A stretch of DNA of 64,000 nucleotides from Gnetum montanum. Lineage: Eukaryota > Plantae > Gnetophyta. How positions within the stretch are numbered: position 1 is the first letter of the stretch; every line of letters begins with the position of its first letter. Shown piece by piece: positions 25,525 to 37,113 of this stretch. The notes below the pieces were generated by a model. That model was not told where the DNA came from. It searched no databases and worked only from the letters and a program-made list of their open reading frames with translations. Where the stretch lies: positions 99,521 to 163,520 of the forward strand of contig MNCI01002917.1 of NCBI GenBank assembly GCA_015680685.1. Direction: 5' to 3'. The translations under genes and the position numbers were made by a program.

Positions 25525-27599
25525 TACCTCCACGACTAAATGAAAACTCATCCTTGAGTGTAGAAAAGGAGGAACAAGTTCATTACAACATAACATATTG
25601 GGTAGGTATGGGATTATTGACTAACATTACAAATTGACTTAGATGAAACAGACAGACTCTAAGTGCCCAAGTTTATGGAATTACAATTTTTACAACATTG
25701 GGTGTTCATGATAATAAGAGAAGTGAACACCTAGAGAACATTGACATCCAACACCTCTTGGTAGCAGAAGAATGAGAGAGAGAGAGAAGAGATCCAACGA
25801 TCATGAACGGTCCTCATTGTGTGGTACTGCTACATCAAACTTAGTAAAGATAGTTCTGCTTCCAATCCATGCTTTCCACTACAATCATAATAGAATCATG
25901 AATTAGTATGCAATGTATAACACATAACTATTAAATGTCTTGTCTCATCGATGGTTACACTAGGCTAGGTTGTGATTGTGGTTGATTGGTTCCTTGACTA
26001 GTATTGGTGGCAAAGTTGACAGATAGGGCAAATTAGACTAAGCAGTCCATTAAATTTGAAAAAGTTCAATACAAGAAAATATTTGAAGAGGGTATAAGAA
26101 TGCATAATAATGAAAAGAAGGATTCACTAAAACTATTGTGAATATGTGTACAATTGGATGTCATTAATGGGATAAACAAAAAGAATTTGATTGTAAGAGT
26201 CTCTAAGGGTAAAGAACTTAACTAACCCAACTAAAAGATATGCAAGTGGTTCCTTTCCAAAGTAGGCACAATCCTTTTTACCCTTTCATAACTTCAAACC
26301 AAAGAGTCCATGGGCTCTATGGATGATTAATGGTTATAGAAGGTTAAGTACAAAAACCCAAAAGAAACTAACTAAGAATTCCAACACATCAAACCAAGAC
26401 ATCGAATCAAGAACATGAAACCAGCAGTGAGGTGAGACATGGAAAGCATAGATGGATGAGAGAGAGAGTGGAATGGAGTTCCTAATTACAATCACATGAA
26501 GTCCCTTGTGGATTTTGTGGTCAAATGACTTGATAGGATCCATCCTTAGTCCAGACCAAAACCAACCACATTTAGTGACTTTGCATCAACATTCTAAGAC
26601 TAATCCATTCCCTGAGATACAAGAGTGCTCCCACAAAACAACCACTGTACCAAATTAGAGAAGAAGTAGGAAGTGAGGAAGGGCCTTAGTTAGAGGAGAC
26701 TAGTCCCATAACTAGTGCTTGTAAATCGTTTATTCTATCTAAGGGGTGTGCTTTGAATTCCCATTGTTTTTTTTTTCCTTTCTTTTGAAATGAGAACCAT
26801 ACCATGCAAAGATACATGCATTTATTTTGTCCAAGGGATGTGCTTTGGATCCTCATCTTTCTTTTCTCTTTTTTTTCTTCTTGATGAGAACCACACCATG
26901 CAAGGACTTATTCAACTTCCTTTTATTGGAGGACACGGAACGGTAAGAAATTCATGAAAACAAACTGCACCTAGGCAAATAGAAAAACACAAAGAATACT
27001 GAATCCCCTTGAAGCCACACCTTGTTCAGACCTTTGAATCCTTCCCAATTTTGGAAACTACCAAAGTCACAAATTTATTAAAGTTTTATTAATGAAAAAG
27101 GAACTGCACATTTCCAAAACAAGGAAAATCATAGAGTCTATGAATGGGTGAATGCTATGGACTCATTTCCTGTTACATGAAAAGAAACCATGTCCTAATT
27201 ATCTGTAACAAAATTCAAAACTAGAAACTAGAAACCAACAATCAAATAACATAAATAGTACATACCACCATCAAGTAACACATTACCAATGTACCTAGCA
27301 CTTATTAAAAAAAAGTTAGAAAATCATATCAAAATAAAAGAAAGTGTAAAATGTTCAAGAAATATCAAATGTACTAATGATGGTGTAAAAAAATTAGAAA
27401 ATATTAATAACATAAAAACAAAAAGATGTAAAATAAAGAATCTTTAAAACGAAAAAAAGTTATAAAAAAATGTTTGAAAATTTGAGGAACCAGTTGTATG
27501 ATTAGCATGAGTGGCCATCTTCCCACAACTAAGTTGAAAGGAGGAGATCCAAAATCTGGAGTGTGGTTGTCCATTAAATGAGGTGCTTGTTGTGTTAGC

Positions 27600-30500
27600 T
27601 AGCATATGCTCATGGAAAAGTTTAATTTGTTGGATATTGATCAGCTATTTCTTGTTTAGGCTCTTAGGTTTATAGATCATCGTGGCCCTTGAAGGAAAAG
27701 TTTCATAAATTATGTAAGGTTCTTTTCACAATGTTTGAAACTTAGTTTGTTGAGGTATGTGTGTAGGGTTCCAGTAAAGAACCTTGTCTCTTAGTTGAAA
27801 TTTGACTTTTCTAATTTTTAAGTCATGATGCTTTTTGTTACAAGCCTTGTGCAACTCATTAGATGATAGGGCCACTAATCGATTTTCATCTAATAGGTTG
27901 AGATTCATTAGTTGTTCTTTTTGGGCTAGACTCAAGTCAAGGTCAAGGTCATAAGCTGTTGAAAGTGCACAGAGTTCAGATTGAATAGGAAGTGTTGGTA
28001 GTTTTCCATACACAAACTCATAGGGAGAGTAGCCTATAAGAAATTTCCAATTTAAGCAATAGGCCCAAAGGGCATCATTTAGTTTTGTGTTTTAGTCCTT
28101 CCTATACTTGTTAAGAGTTATTGTTAGTATCCTTGTGATTTCCCTATGGGTAACCTCAACTTGACCATTAGCTTGGGGATGGTAAGGTGTTATGAGTTTA
28201 TGTTCAACCCCCAAGCATTACATGAGCTTCCAAAAAGTAGTGCCTGTAAAATGAGTTCCATTATCAAAAATTAATGCACGTGGCACACCAAACTTGTTTA
28301 CAACATTTTATTGTACAAACTGAGCAATAGTAGAGGATGTACAATCAATGATGGCTACTACTTCTACCCATTTCATACAATAGTTAATAGTGACTATGAT
28401 GTACACCTTTCCATTTAACATGGCCATGATGGAACCCATGAAATCAATGTCCTAGATGTTGAATTGTTCTAGTGGTTGAATCCATTGTTGAGGCCCCTCC
28501 ATCCGAGCAGTCATTCCACCATCTCATTGACATTATTCACAAGAGCAGACATAATGGTAAGCATCATTGAAGAGTGTTGGCCAATAGTACCCTACCATCA
28601 GGATCTTAATGGTCATGCATCTCCCAACATAGTGTCCTCCACAAGGACCTTCATGAGCATCTTGGAGAACACATAGTTGATTAGCATCAGGACACACCAA
28701 TGAACCAGGCCATTAATGTGCACCTTGTAGAGGTGTCTGTTGATTTCCATGAAGTGCTTTACCTAGTGAAGAAACTACTTTCTTCTAGTGATCCAACCCT
28801 TGTGGCATCTCCTGAGTGAGTAGATAGGTGAGAATGCCATCATACCATTTTGGCTCATTAGGCATTTGTTTAATTATAGCCCTAGCAAAAAGGAGTTCAT
28901 TAGGAAACATGTTAGAGAGTGGGCTTTCTTCCTTTTTGTCATCCCATCGCAGCCGAGACAAGTGATCAGCAACCATATTCTTAATGCCCTTTCGATCTAC
29001 CATCGTAAGACCAAATTCCTATAAGATCACCAACCATCGTATGACATGGGGACTCATTGTTGGCTTGTTCATTAGAAAGTGGATGGCACTATGGTTTGTG
29101 TGCACAAACACCTTGCATCCAAGCACATAATTCCTAAACTTCTCTAGAGCAAACACCACCACCACTAATTCTTTTTCTGTAGTGGTGTAGTTTAGTTGTG
29201 CATCCACAATGCTCCAGTTGTCGCAATGGATGTAGTATGGACATTTCTTGTTATCTAACTATGTTAGTACACCTTCCAAGGTATAATTTGATGCATCCAT
29301 CATGATATGAAATGGCTTGGACCAATCAAGTGCTTGTAGGATTAGAGTTTCTACAAGCTTTTCTTTTAGTTGCTGAAATGCTTTCTCACATTCTGTAGTC
29401 CAAATGAAGGGAGCAGCTTTCTTTGTCATCTCAACCAATAGTTTTGTGATCTTAGAGAAATTCTCTATGAATCACCGATAGTAGCTAGTATGTCTAAGAA
29501 ATGATCGAACATCTTTACTTGTTTCTAGCTAATGGGTTATTCCTTGGATGACCCTTATTTTTTCAGGGTCCACCTCAATTCTTTCTTGCAAGATTCTGTG
29601 CCCTAGTACAATGCCCTCCTAGACCATGAGATGACTCTTTTGCCAATTGGTTCACAAGTTGGTTTCAACACACCATTTTAGCACTTGCTGAAGGTAGTTG
29701 AGGGCTTGCTCAAATGTAGCTCAATAGGTGGAGAACTCATCCATGAAGACTTCCACACCACTACCGATCTGCTATTGAAAAATGCTTAAGATCAAGTGTT
29801 GGGATGTGGTAGGAGCATTGCATAGATCAAATGGCATCTTACAACATGCAAAAGTCCCCTAGGGACTCATGAATGTTGTTTTTGCTTAATCTTCTAGTGT
29901 AATTTGAATTTTGCTATAGCCACTATAACTATCTAGAAAATTGTATTAGCAATGTCCAGATATTATGTCAAGCACCTAGTTAACAAATGACAACAGAAAG
30001 TGATCCTTGAATGTTGCCATGTTCAATAGCCTGAAACTGATGCAAACCTACCACTTGCCACCTTTCTTTGGCACAATTACAAGTGGACTAACCCACTCAC
30101 TATCCGCAATGGGATAAATGAACCCTACCTTGAGGAGTTGCTCAATTTCTACCTTGATGATTTGCTTCAATTTAGAGTTCAACCACCTCTGTGACTGTCA
30201 TTTTGGCTTCATGGTTGAGTTAGTGTAGATGCAATGCTGGCATATCCTAGGATCAATCCCTATGAGTTTAGGATATGACCAAGCAAAAGCTACTGACCAT
30301 CTTTCAACTTCTTTCAACAGTATCTTTTTTTGTTCTAGAGCAAGTTTTGCATTCATTATAACTAGCTTTCCATTCTTCAAAAATACATTTTGCATTTTAG
30401 CTGGTAACATTCTCAAATCAAGGGGCCCTTGTTTGAATTTGTTAGGAATTTCCAACTCTCCCCAGTGAGTATCATCATTTGTATCATTGGAGTTGATGAT

Positions 30501-33500
30501 GAACTTGCTCGAGTTCATCCATGGTTGTGACATACGCACATGTTAGGCTCTCAGTTGGTTCCATGCAAAGTGTGCTACTTTCTAAATCAGTGGTTAGCCA
30601 TTGGGTGCCATCCTATTTTGTGGTTGTTGCATACAAACACCTTTGAATTTTTACTTTTGGCACACATTGTTTGTATGCAGAGATAGATGCTTGCTTTATA
30701 GCCCATAGTTTCTACACACAATTACACCCACTATCGTTGTACGCGATGCATGGAACTCTCTTCTTCTCAATCTTTCCAAATGCATTTTCTTTAATATCTC
30801 CAAGGAAAGATCTCTAATGCCCATTCTTACATTGACAATGCTTAGCCATGCCCTTCCCATTATGATTGGAAAATCCCCTTTGCAATTCTCCACTTTGATT
30901 ACCAGAAAATTGACAAGATAAGACCACCCACATATAATGGTCGCAATGTCTTCTACTAGTTCCAATGGAATAGTGATGGACTGGTTTGCCAATTCTAGTC
31001 TTATGTTGCTCTTCTTAAGAGGAGGAAGGTTCTAGGCAGTGTACATCTCATGAGAAATCAAACTAACACTAGAACCTGAATTGAGAAGAGCCTTGCACCA
31101 TTCATTCCCAACAATCTGCAAGTAAATGAGAGGACTTCCAAGATCAACCAGCTTCCTAGAAAGGTTTCCTACATGGATCCAATTAGACACAGTGTGAGTA
31201 AGCATTACGGTATGGATCCTTGGTAGAGTTTGGTTTGAAAGAGGCCCAAAGGTATTTAATATGGAGAAAGAGGCAAGAGCAAGGTTGTCAACCGTAGGTG
31301 TAGGTGAAGGCTTAGGTGGACTACATGATCGAAAGAAAGGTCTTTTCATTGATTGGACATTCAACCTCTCCAATTGATGATTGGGTTGCAAAGTAATAGC
31401 CCTCATAGCATTGCATTGTTGTGTTTGAGTGGGAAATTCCCCCTACATTGGTGAAGTAGGTGATAGTTATGCAACTAGAGGAGGAGTATGTGTAGGGACA
31501 TGAGGAGGATAAGGATAAGATGCGATATCCCTTCTTTCATGTGGCGAATGAGCTTGGTAATAATCTGAAGGTGGTAGTGAGGCTAGAAATTAAAAATGTG
31601 ACTGAAGGAGTCACATGGAGACATGGGTTGCTACACGTGGTAACCATATGGATTAGGCTGTCAATAAGGGTATTATTGCCTTGGCGATGCAAACACCCAT
31701 GATTGTGGTTGCTGCCATTATTGATACTATTCATACAGTTGTGGTGGAGCTCCACTTGGATAGTATAGTTGTTGCTGATGGAATTGCTTGAGATTACCTT
31801 GAGGATAAGGAAACCTTCTAGATGTTTGCCTTTGTGTAAGTCATGGATGTAAGGCATACATCCTAGACTCCTATAAATGTGATACAATGGGGAAACATCC
31901 CTTAGGATGTTCGTACTAATAAACGTCACACCCATGATCATCATCTAATTCACTATCCACAACCTCTTCTATTGTAGCAATCTTGTCCTTACCTTTGTAA
32001 TATGCATGTTCAACTTCCTTGCTTCTCCTACACTCATGCTCACTACTTTGTTCCTTGGACTCCTTAGCAATTTTGAGAACAACTTAGAATCTATTATTCA
32101 TTAAGTCGCTTAACTGATCAACCTTGTTTGTAAGTTCATATTGGAATTTTTGGAGTAGCAAGGCTTTCTTATGCACCCCCTCATCAAATACAAACTCATC
32201 CTCACTATCACAGAATCGAACCTCCCTCTTGTGAATGGAAGGATCATGGTTATACTCTTTTGCACTTTTTCTTTTTCTAAGTTCACCCTCCTCTTTAGTG
32301 ACCTACTCTGTTAATCTTTGTATTTGACAATCGCCCTTGGGCATAGACACTAAGGGTTTTCCTCATTTCATTGTGAACCCCATCTACAATGTGGCGAAGT
32401 TGAACCAATTGAGAATAACCATGGCCAAAACATTTATGCATTAAGGCGTAGTATCAGCCAATGGCAGCATCCAAGGGTTTTTGTGTTCCTTGTTTCCACT
32501 CTTGAATTTTCTTCCTTAAGTTGGACACTCTAGATTACATTTGATCCTTATCATTGAACAACTCAAGCATGGTACTCCATCATCTAATAGATTCTGGCTC
32601 TAAGGACCAGTACTAGTTTTCTTCTTCCTTGATGAGTGTCCCGGGGAACAACTTCAAGTTTTGTCACTCATTTTCTATGTTTTGCAAGGCACATACATCT
32701 TGGAAAGCTTGAAGATGATTCTGTAGATCAGAGTTATATCCTTCTTCAAATTGAGGAATATTGTTCATGTCTAACTGTTTGATCCAACTATACTTCACAT
32801 GCCTTGTTGGAATTCTGACTACCTCTACAATGTTAAGCATACTTTAGGTAGCAAATAAATGCTCATTGAGGCCTTGATCATGGTGCTTATGATGCCCTCT
32901 ACCACCCCTTTGTTCATGACGATGTGCCTTTCTTGAATGTCTGCATCCTTGATCTTGTCTATCCCGATGGTCCCTTTGATTATTTTGGTCCTATCAATTG
33001 TTTCATTCATTTTGATCACCTCCATCATGGTCTCACCTTTTGCAGTCACAGTTAGAGCCAAAAGAAGAAGAAGATAACGAAGGAGAAGAGGAAGGAGAAT
33101 GATCACCATCACAGTGCCTACTATCGTCTCTTTGGTAATCACGACCACGATCACGATCGTGCTTCTTGTTTGCATCCCTATCTTAACTTGCCCCTCTGGA
33201 TTCTTCTTTGCCATTGGATCCCTTGTTACCAAAATCAGGATTGTGAACTGTGGAGTGCAAACTCTAATTTCAACCTTCATCACTAAAGTCAAAGAGAGGA
33301 GTTTCACTAAATGAAAAACCCCTAAAGAAGGGTTCCCCACTAGCTTGTTGGTGTAATAGAAATGGAGAATCGTTAAGTCCTTTTCCCTTCAAAAATTCAT
33401 AGTGTTGCTCTAGCTGTCGATCCCACAAGTGTTGTGCTTTGATGGGATGATAGTCCCTAGCATTAGCATCTTTCACAATATGCTCCCCATGCCAGTCTTG

Positions 33501-33720
33501 AAGACCAAATCATGCAAGCATTTGATAGAGCATTGCAGGAGCAACATGATCGAGTGGCAAAACAATGTTTCCCTCCATGTCACGCCACTGTAGGTGTTCA
33601 TCCTAATGTAGGATGAAGGTGAAGTTTGGCATGTACTCATCAAGATGAGTATATATAATTCGATACTGTTGAGGTTTTGGTGGATTAACTCTATTAGCCT
33701 TGGGCAGAGAAGCGCTCATG
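27600..33720 (-). pseudogene. Decayed gag-pol (gag, protease, RT, RNase H, integrase)
   Basis: IPQFEEGY..HLQAFQD (gag), KALLNSGSSVSLI (PR), IYPIADSEWVSPLV and VEVFMDEFST (RT), LNYTTTEKELVVVVFALEKFR and KNMVADHLSRL (RH), HEGPCGGH and TPYHPQANGQVEVT (IN). Many stops. Confidence 0.93.
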
Positions 33721-33874
33721 TGAGAAGAAGACATTTTCAATTAGCGAATAAAAATCACGCTGTGCTTTGAAAATTTGTTGTAGTAATTGTAAAATAAGAT
33801 ATGGCTTGAAGGTTTATTCCAACAATTTAAATACTTTTCACTAGGTCCTAGATAGCACACAAAATAACAAATAG

Positions 33875-33893
33875 GTCCCTGGCAACAGTGCCA
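33875..33893 (-). promoter_or_regulatory. Primer-binding site, tRNA-Asp type
   Basis: Minus strand TGGCACTGTTGCCAGGGAC, a CpG-decayed form of the Athila PBS TGGCGCCGTTGCCGGGGA, 1 nt after the 5' LTR. Confidence 0.9.
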
Positions 33894-33894
33894 A

Positions 33895-34537
33895 TGATGA
33901 GCGGTGAGGTACGCCTACANTTATGAATTTGGTCACCTACAACAAGAATGAAGAGTAGAGTAACTTAGAATCTAACTTCTTTACTGCCTATCTAGTCTAA
34001 CACAAGTAATCGTCCCACTTTCCTGAACACATATAACATTGTTGGACTACCAAACGTTAAGCGTTGCTGGGTTACCAAGTACTATATGAATGCTCAAAGT
34101 GGTTGTGCTTGCATTTATTAATTGCTAAAAATAAATTGCTTAATTCAAATGCATTAAAAGAAAGAGCAAGAAAGTAAAATGCAATAAAGAAAATATTAAG
34201 CTATTTTCAATGCTACAAGGATTGTCAAAAGAGTTTGTTTTATTCCCATCACACTGTTGGTCTTAGGTACATTAGTGCTCGAACAAAGAACCATACACAC
34301 TTAGACTCCTTCTGTGGGCACTCAAAAAAATTCTAACTTTGAAGAAAAGAAATGACAAGAGCTTCATTACTTTGACTAGGAAAGACCAAAAATTGACTTT
34401 AAAATTGGAGCCCAAGCATGGTATTTATAGCCTTGGGGTATACACCCCAACGTCGTGTAAGCAACGTCGCATACATGACATCGTGGCTTCGATTTTGTGT
34501 ACATGAAGTCAGAGTCGACATAAAATGTGACTCATCA
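33895..34537 (-). repeat. 5' LTR of the full-length Athila (assembly gap at 33920)
   Basis: TGATGAGC...GACTCATCA termini. About 190 bp shorter than the 3' LTR, with the difference at the N. Confidence 0.9.
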
Positions 34538-35400
34538 CTACCTTTATTCTACAAAAATGAGGCAAATCAAAATTTTTTCTTCTTCTTTCCAAGTTTAAAT
34601 TACTCCAAAAATATCAAACATTGTTAAAAACCCAATAATATATAGTGTAGCCATTTTAATGGCAATATTACCATATATATTTAGGAATCCATAGTGTAAA
34701 GTGTTTAGGAAATTTTTGAAAATGTTTAATTACTATAATATAATTTTCATTTAGAAAAGCTACCTTTCCCTATGCTCATACTACTTTTGCCTTTTTCTAT
34801 TATTCTGTTTTCTTTGCAAGCTCTTCTTTAGTTAGATCTTCATTTATCCAAAAAATTTTTCATTTCAAGTTGCTATGATTGTTGAAAAACTGAATTTCAT
34901 AATAATAGGACATGGTTTTTCATCTTTGAATCTTGTGCAATAACCAACCAAGATTGTATTAGGCAAGATGTTGAGGTGCATTGTTTTTGTTATAATATCA
35001 TGAATAACATTTTTCAAAATGTCTTTTTTGTTTAGACTTTCTAGAACCCAAGCAATAAGATATTTTCAACTCTTTTTGTTTTTAACACATTGATGAATTG
35101 CTTCAACAATTGTTTCTTACTTTGCAATTATGTTACATATAATTTTTTGATTAGAGTTTAAAGTTTTACTCGTTATTTTTTGCTCTATTATCTATTCTAT
35201 TATCATTTGTTGTTGTGCCATCATAGCTTTTAGTTGATTAAACATTGGCTTTTGCTTTGTAGCTATAATGTTCATGGTATGAATGCGATTTTCAAAGTCA
35301 TTATTATGTTGATTCATTACCATTGTTTGTTGTCTTATTAGGTTTTTTTTCCCGATTTTCTAGTGTTTATTTACACCATTTCTTTAATTTGAATAACCAT
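34538..35400 (-). mobile_element. LINE 5' part: ORF1 remnant and start of the ORF2 endonuclease
   Basis: ORF1: KRVENILLLGF...ILKNVIHDIITKTMHLNI...RFKDEKPCPII...FWINEDLTK. ORF2 start: FLNIYGNIAIK...FLTMFDIFGVI*TW (NxxG...DI..ETW). Confidence 0.7.
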
Positions 35401-36197
35401 TTCTTACCTATCTTTAAGAATTTTTTGCCTTTTAAGGCTTTTAGTTGAATGACAATATAATGTAAATTTAGTAACTAATGCTAGAACCTTAGAAAACCTT
35501 TTGCAAAATTCATATCCTTTGCACAACCTCTAAAAACCCTCTATGTATGTAACCTTGAAAAACCTTTGATTCTCCTCCTCGAAAAATGTTGCAAAAACCC
35601 TTGGTAAAGCTTTAAATCCTTTGTACAGCCCAAAGTTACGATCCTAGTAAAAATGCCATATATTAAGGGATAGAATCACTCGGTGACCACACAGGGGCGC
35701 TTAAAACATCTTTAACAAATGCTAGAAAAGCAACGTATCCCCTTTCCAAAGGGAGTGAAGAAAAATATCTTCTACCAAGAAAAATGGTCAAAAATGGTCA
35801 TGGCTTGAGATGAGAGCTACTAATAAAAATCACTTTTTGGTGGGTGCAGCCTGTTCGTTCATTCATTCAGTAAAAGTTCAATACCTACCAAGCAAACTGG
35901 GTAGAAACTACCAAGTCGAGATACCGTAGGCCATGATCGAAGCCACAATCAGAGCAAGGTTCTTTCTTACACTTTCAAAATCCTGAATTCAAATTTTATA
36001 TATAGATTAGATTCCCTCTGTGGTTGGTTGGAGCCATCCATGTCCCATTTTCACGGTCCTTGCATTCTTTGGCTTTTGAATTTGCAGTAGGTGGCGAATA
36101 GGTTTCAGCCACAGCGACATCGCTTTCTTTAATTACAGGCAGGGCCTGGTATCTGCACTTTGCAAGTTTGTTTGTTGGCGGGCGTCCGCTCTAACAG

Positions 36198-37089
36198 GTA
36201 GTAGTTTTCATTTAGCAGCTTAGCATTCCATTGCACTGTTTACATTTTCATTTTCATTTTCATTTTCGTATTGGTATGGGATTGTTAAAACCCTAATGTC
36301 ATCGATCGATTTTACCGCATCATGACCTAGGCGGCCAGCGTTTCTGGCCGATCGTCTCGAGGATTTCTTTCGGACGAGCTTAACGGTTTGCGAGGATGTT
36401 TCGAATTCCAGGAAGATTCCGATAACGCCAAAACCCTAAAGCTGTATCTATCCTCAAGTTTTCCCCGGATTGTGAATCTGTTTGATAAATATATGCGTGT
36501 GTAGTTTTAATATAAATATTTGAACGTCAGACTTCCTTTGAAATGCAGAGCTTTGTTCTGCCGGCGTATTAGGGCATCCGCTGATAGGCTTTTCACGATC
36601 ACCTCGCCGCCGTTATCGCAAAGGAATCCGGTAATATTTTGCTTCACTCAAAATAATATTCTGTTATCCGTCTGGAAATTGGAGCTTTTGGAATTTGGAA
36701 TGAGACATTCCTACTGCTATTGCGTCACCAGCTTTCTCAAAAATATCTTCTGGCGAGGCTGGCGATAAAGTATTTCAGGCCGTTTATGCAAGGAGAACTT
36801 TTCATAACTTGAAGAAGTGGGATAGGCTTTGTATTTCGTCGTGATAGCGATTTTTCTTTATTACCTTCGTATCTACTTGAACGAGTTCCGTATCAGTTTT
36901 TACCCGACTGTATTTACAGAAATCGCGCTCGTATGTCGCATTTTCTGTTGCATTTGAAGTAGCTTGATTTTTTCTGACCAATGAATTTGAATTTCTGTTT
37001 TCTTTGTTATTTGTCTTTATATTTGAACGATAAAATTTCCCCATGCTTGTCCACTACAAGCATTTGATTTGACGTAGCTGTTTTTGCAG
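36198..37089 (+). other. Probable 5'-UTR intron of RanGAP
   Basis: Donor CAG|GTAGTA at 36198 followed by a T-rich tract. Acceptor TTTTTGCAG ends at 37089, 24 nt before the ATG; an alternative AG is at 37094. The donor position is inferred. Confidence 0.6.
36288..36439 (+). promoter_or_regulatory. Two telo-boxes (AAACCCTAA) at 36288-36296 and 36431-36439
   Basis: Exact motifs in the CpG-rich 5' region. Telo-boxes are typical of plant genes expressed in cycling cells. Confidence 0.6.
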
Positions 37090-37113
37090 AGCAGGGCTTT
37101 TAAGCTGTCAGTC

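Larger units (their letters stand above)
24694..34537 (-). mobile_element. Full-length Athila-like Ty3/gypsy LTR retrotransposon (~9.8 kb), TSD CTATC/CTACC, inserted in a LINE endonuclease
   Basis: Paired LTRs 24694-25524 and 33895-34537, tRNA-Asp-type PBS, domain order gag-PR-RT-RH-IN, TSD 4/5. Confidence 0.93.

Noticed and set aside
32825-33340. 171-aa hydrophobic ORF that could be taken for a membrane or env protein
   Set aside because: It is largely an off-frame reading of the R/D/H/S low-complexity gag tract.
33920-33920. Apparent ~190-bp deletion in the 5' LTR
   Set aside because: It coincides with an N, so it is an assembly gap. The jump at 56467 has the same explanation.
37084-37113. 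10-aa N-terminal extension of RanGAP in the ORF track
   Set aside because: It starts at a TTG inside the polypyrimidine tract and splice acceptor. The first ATG is at 37114.
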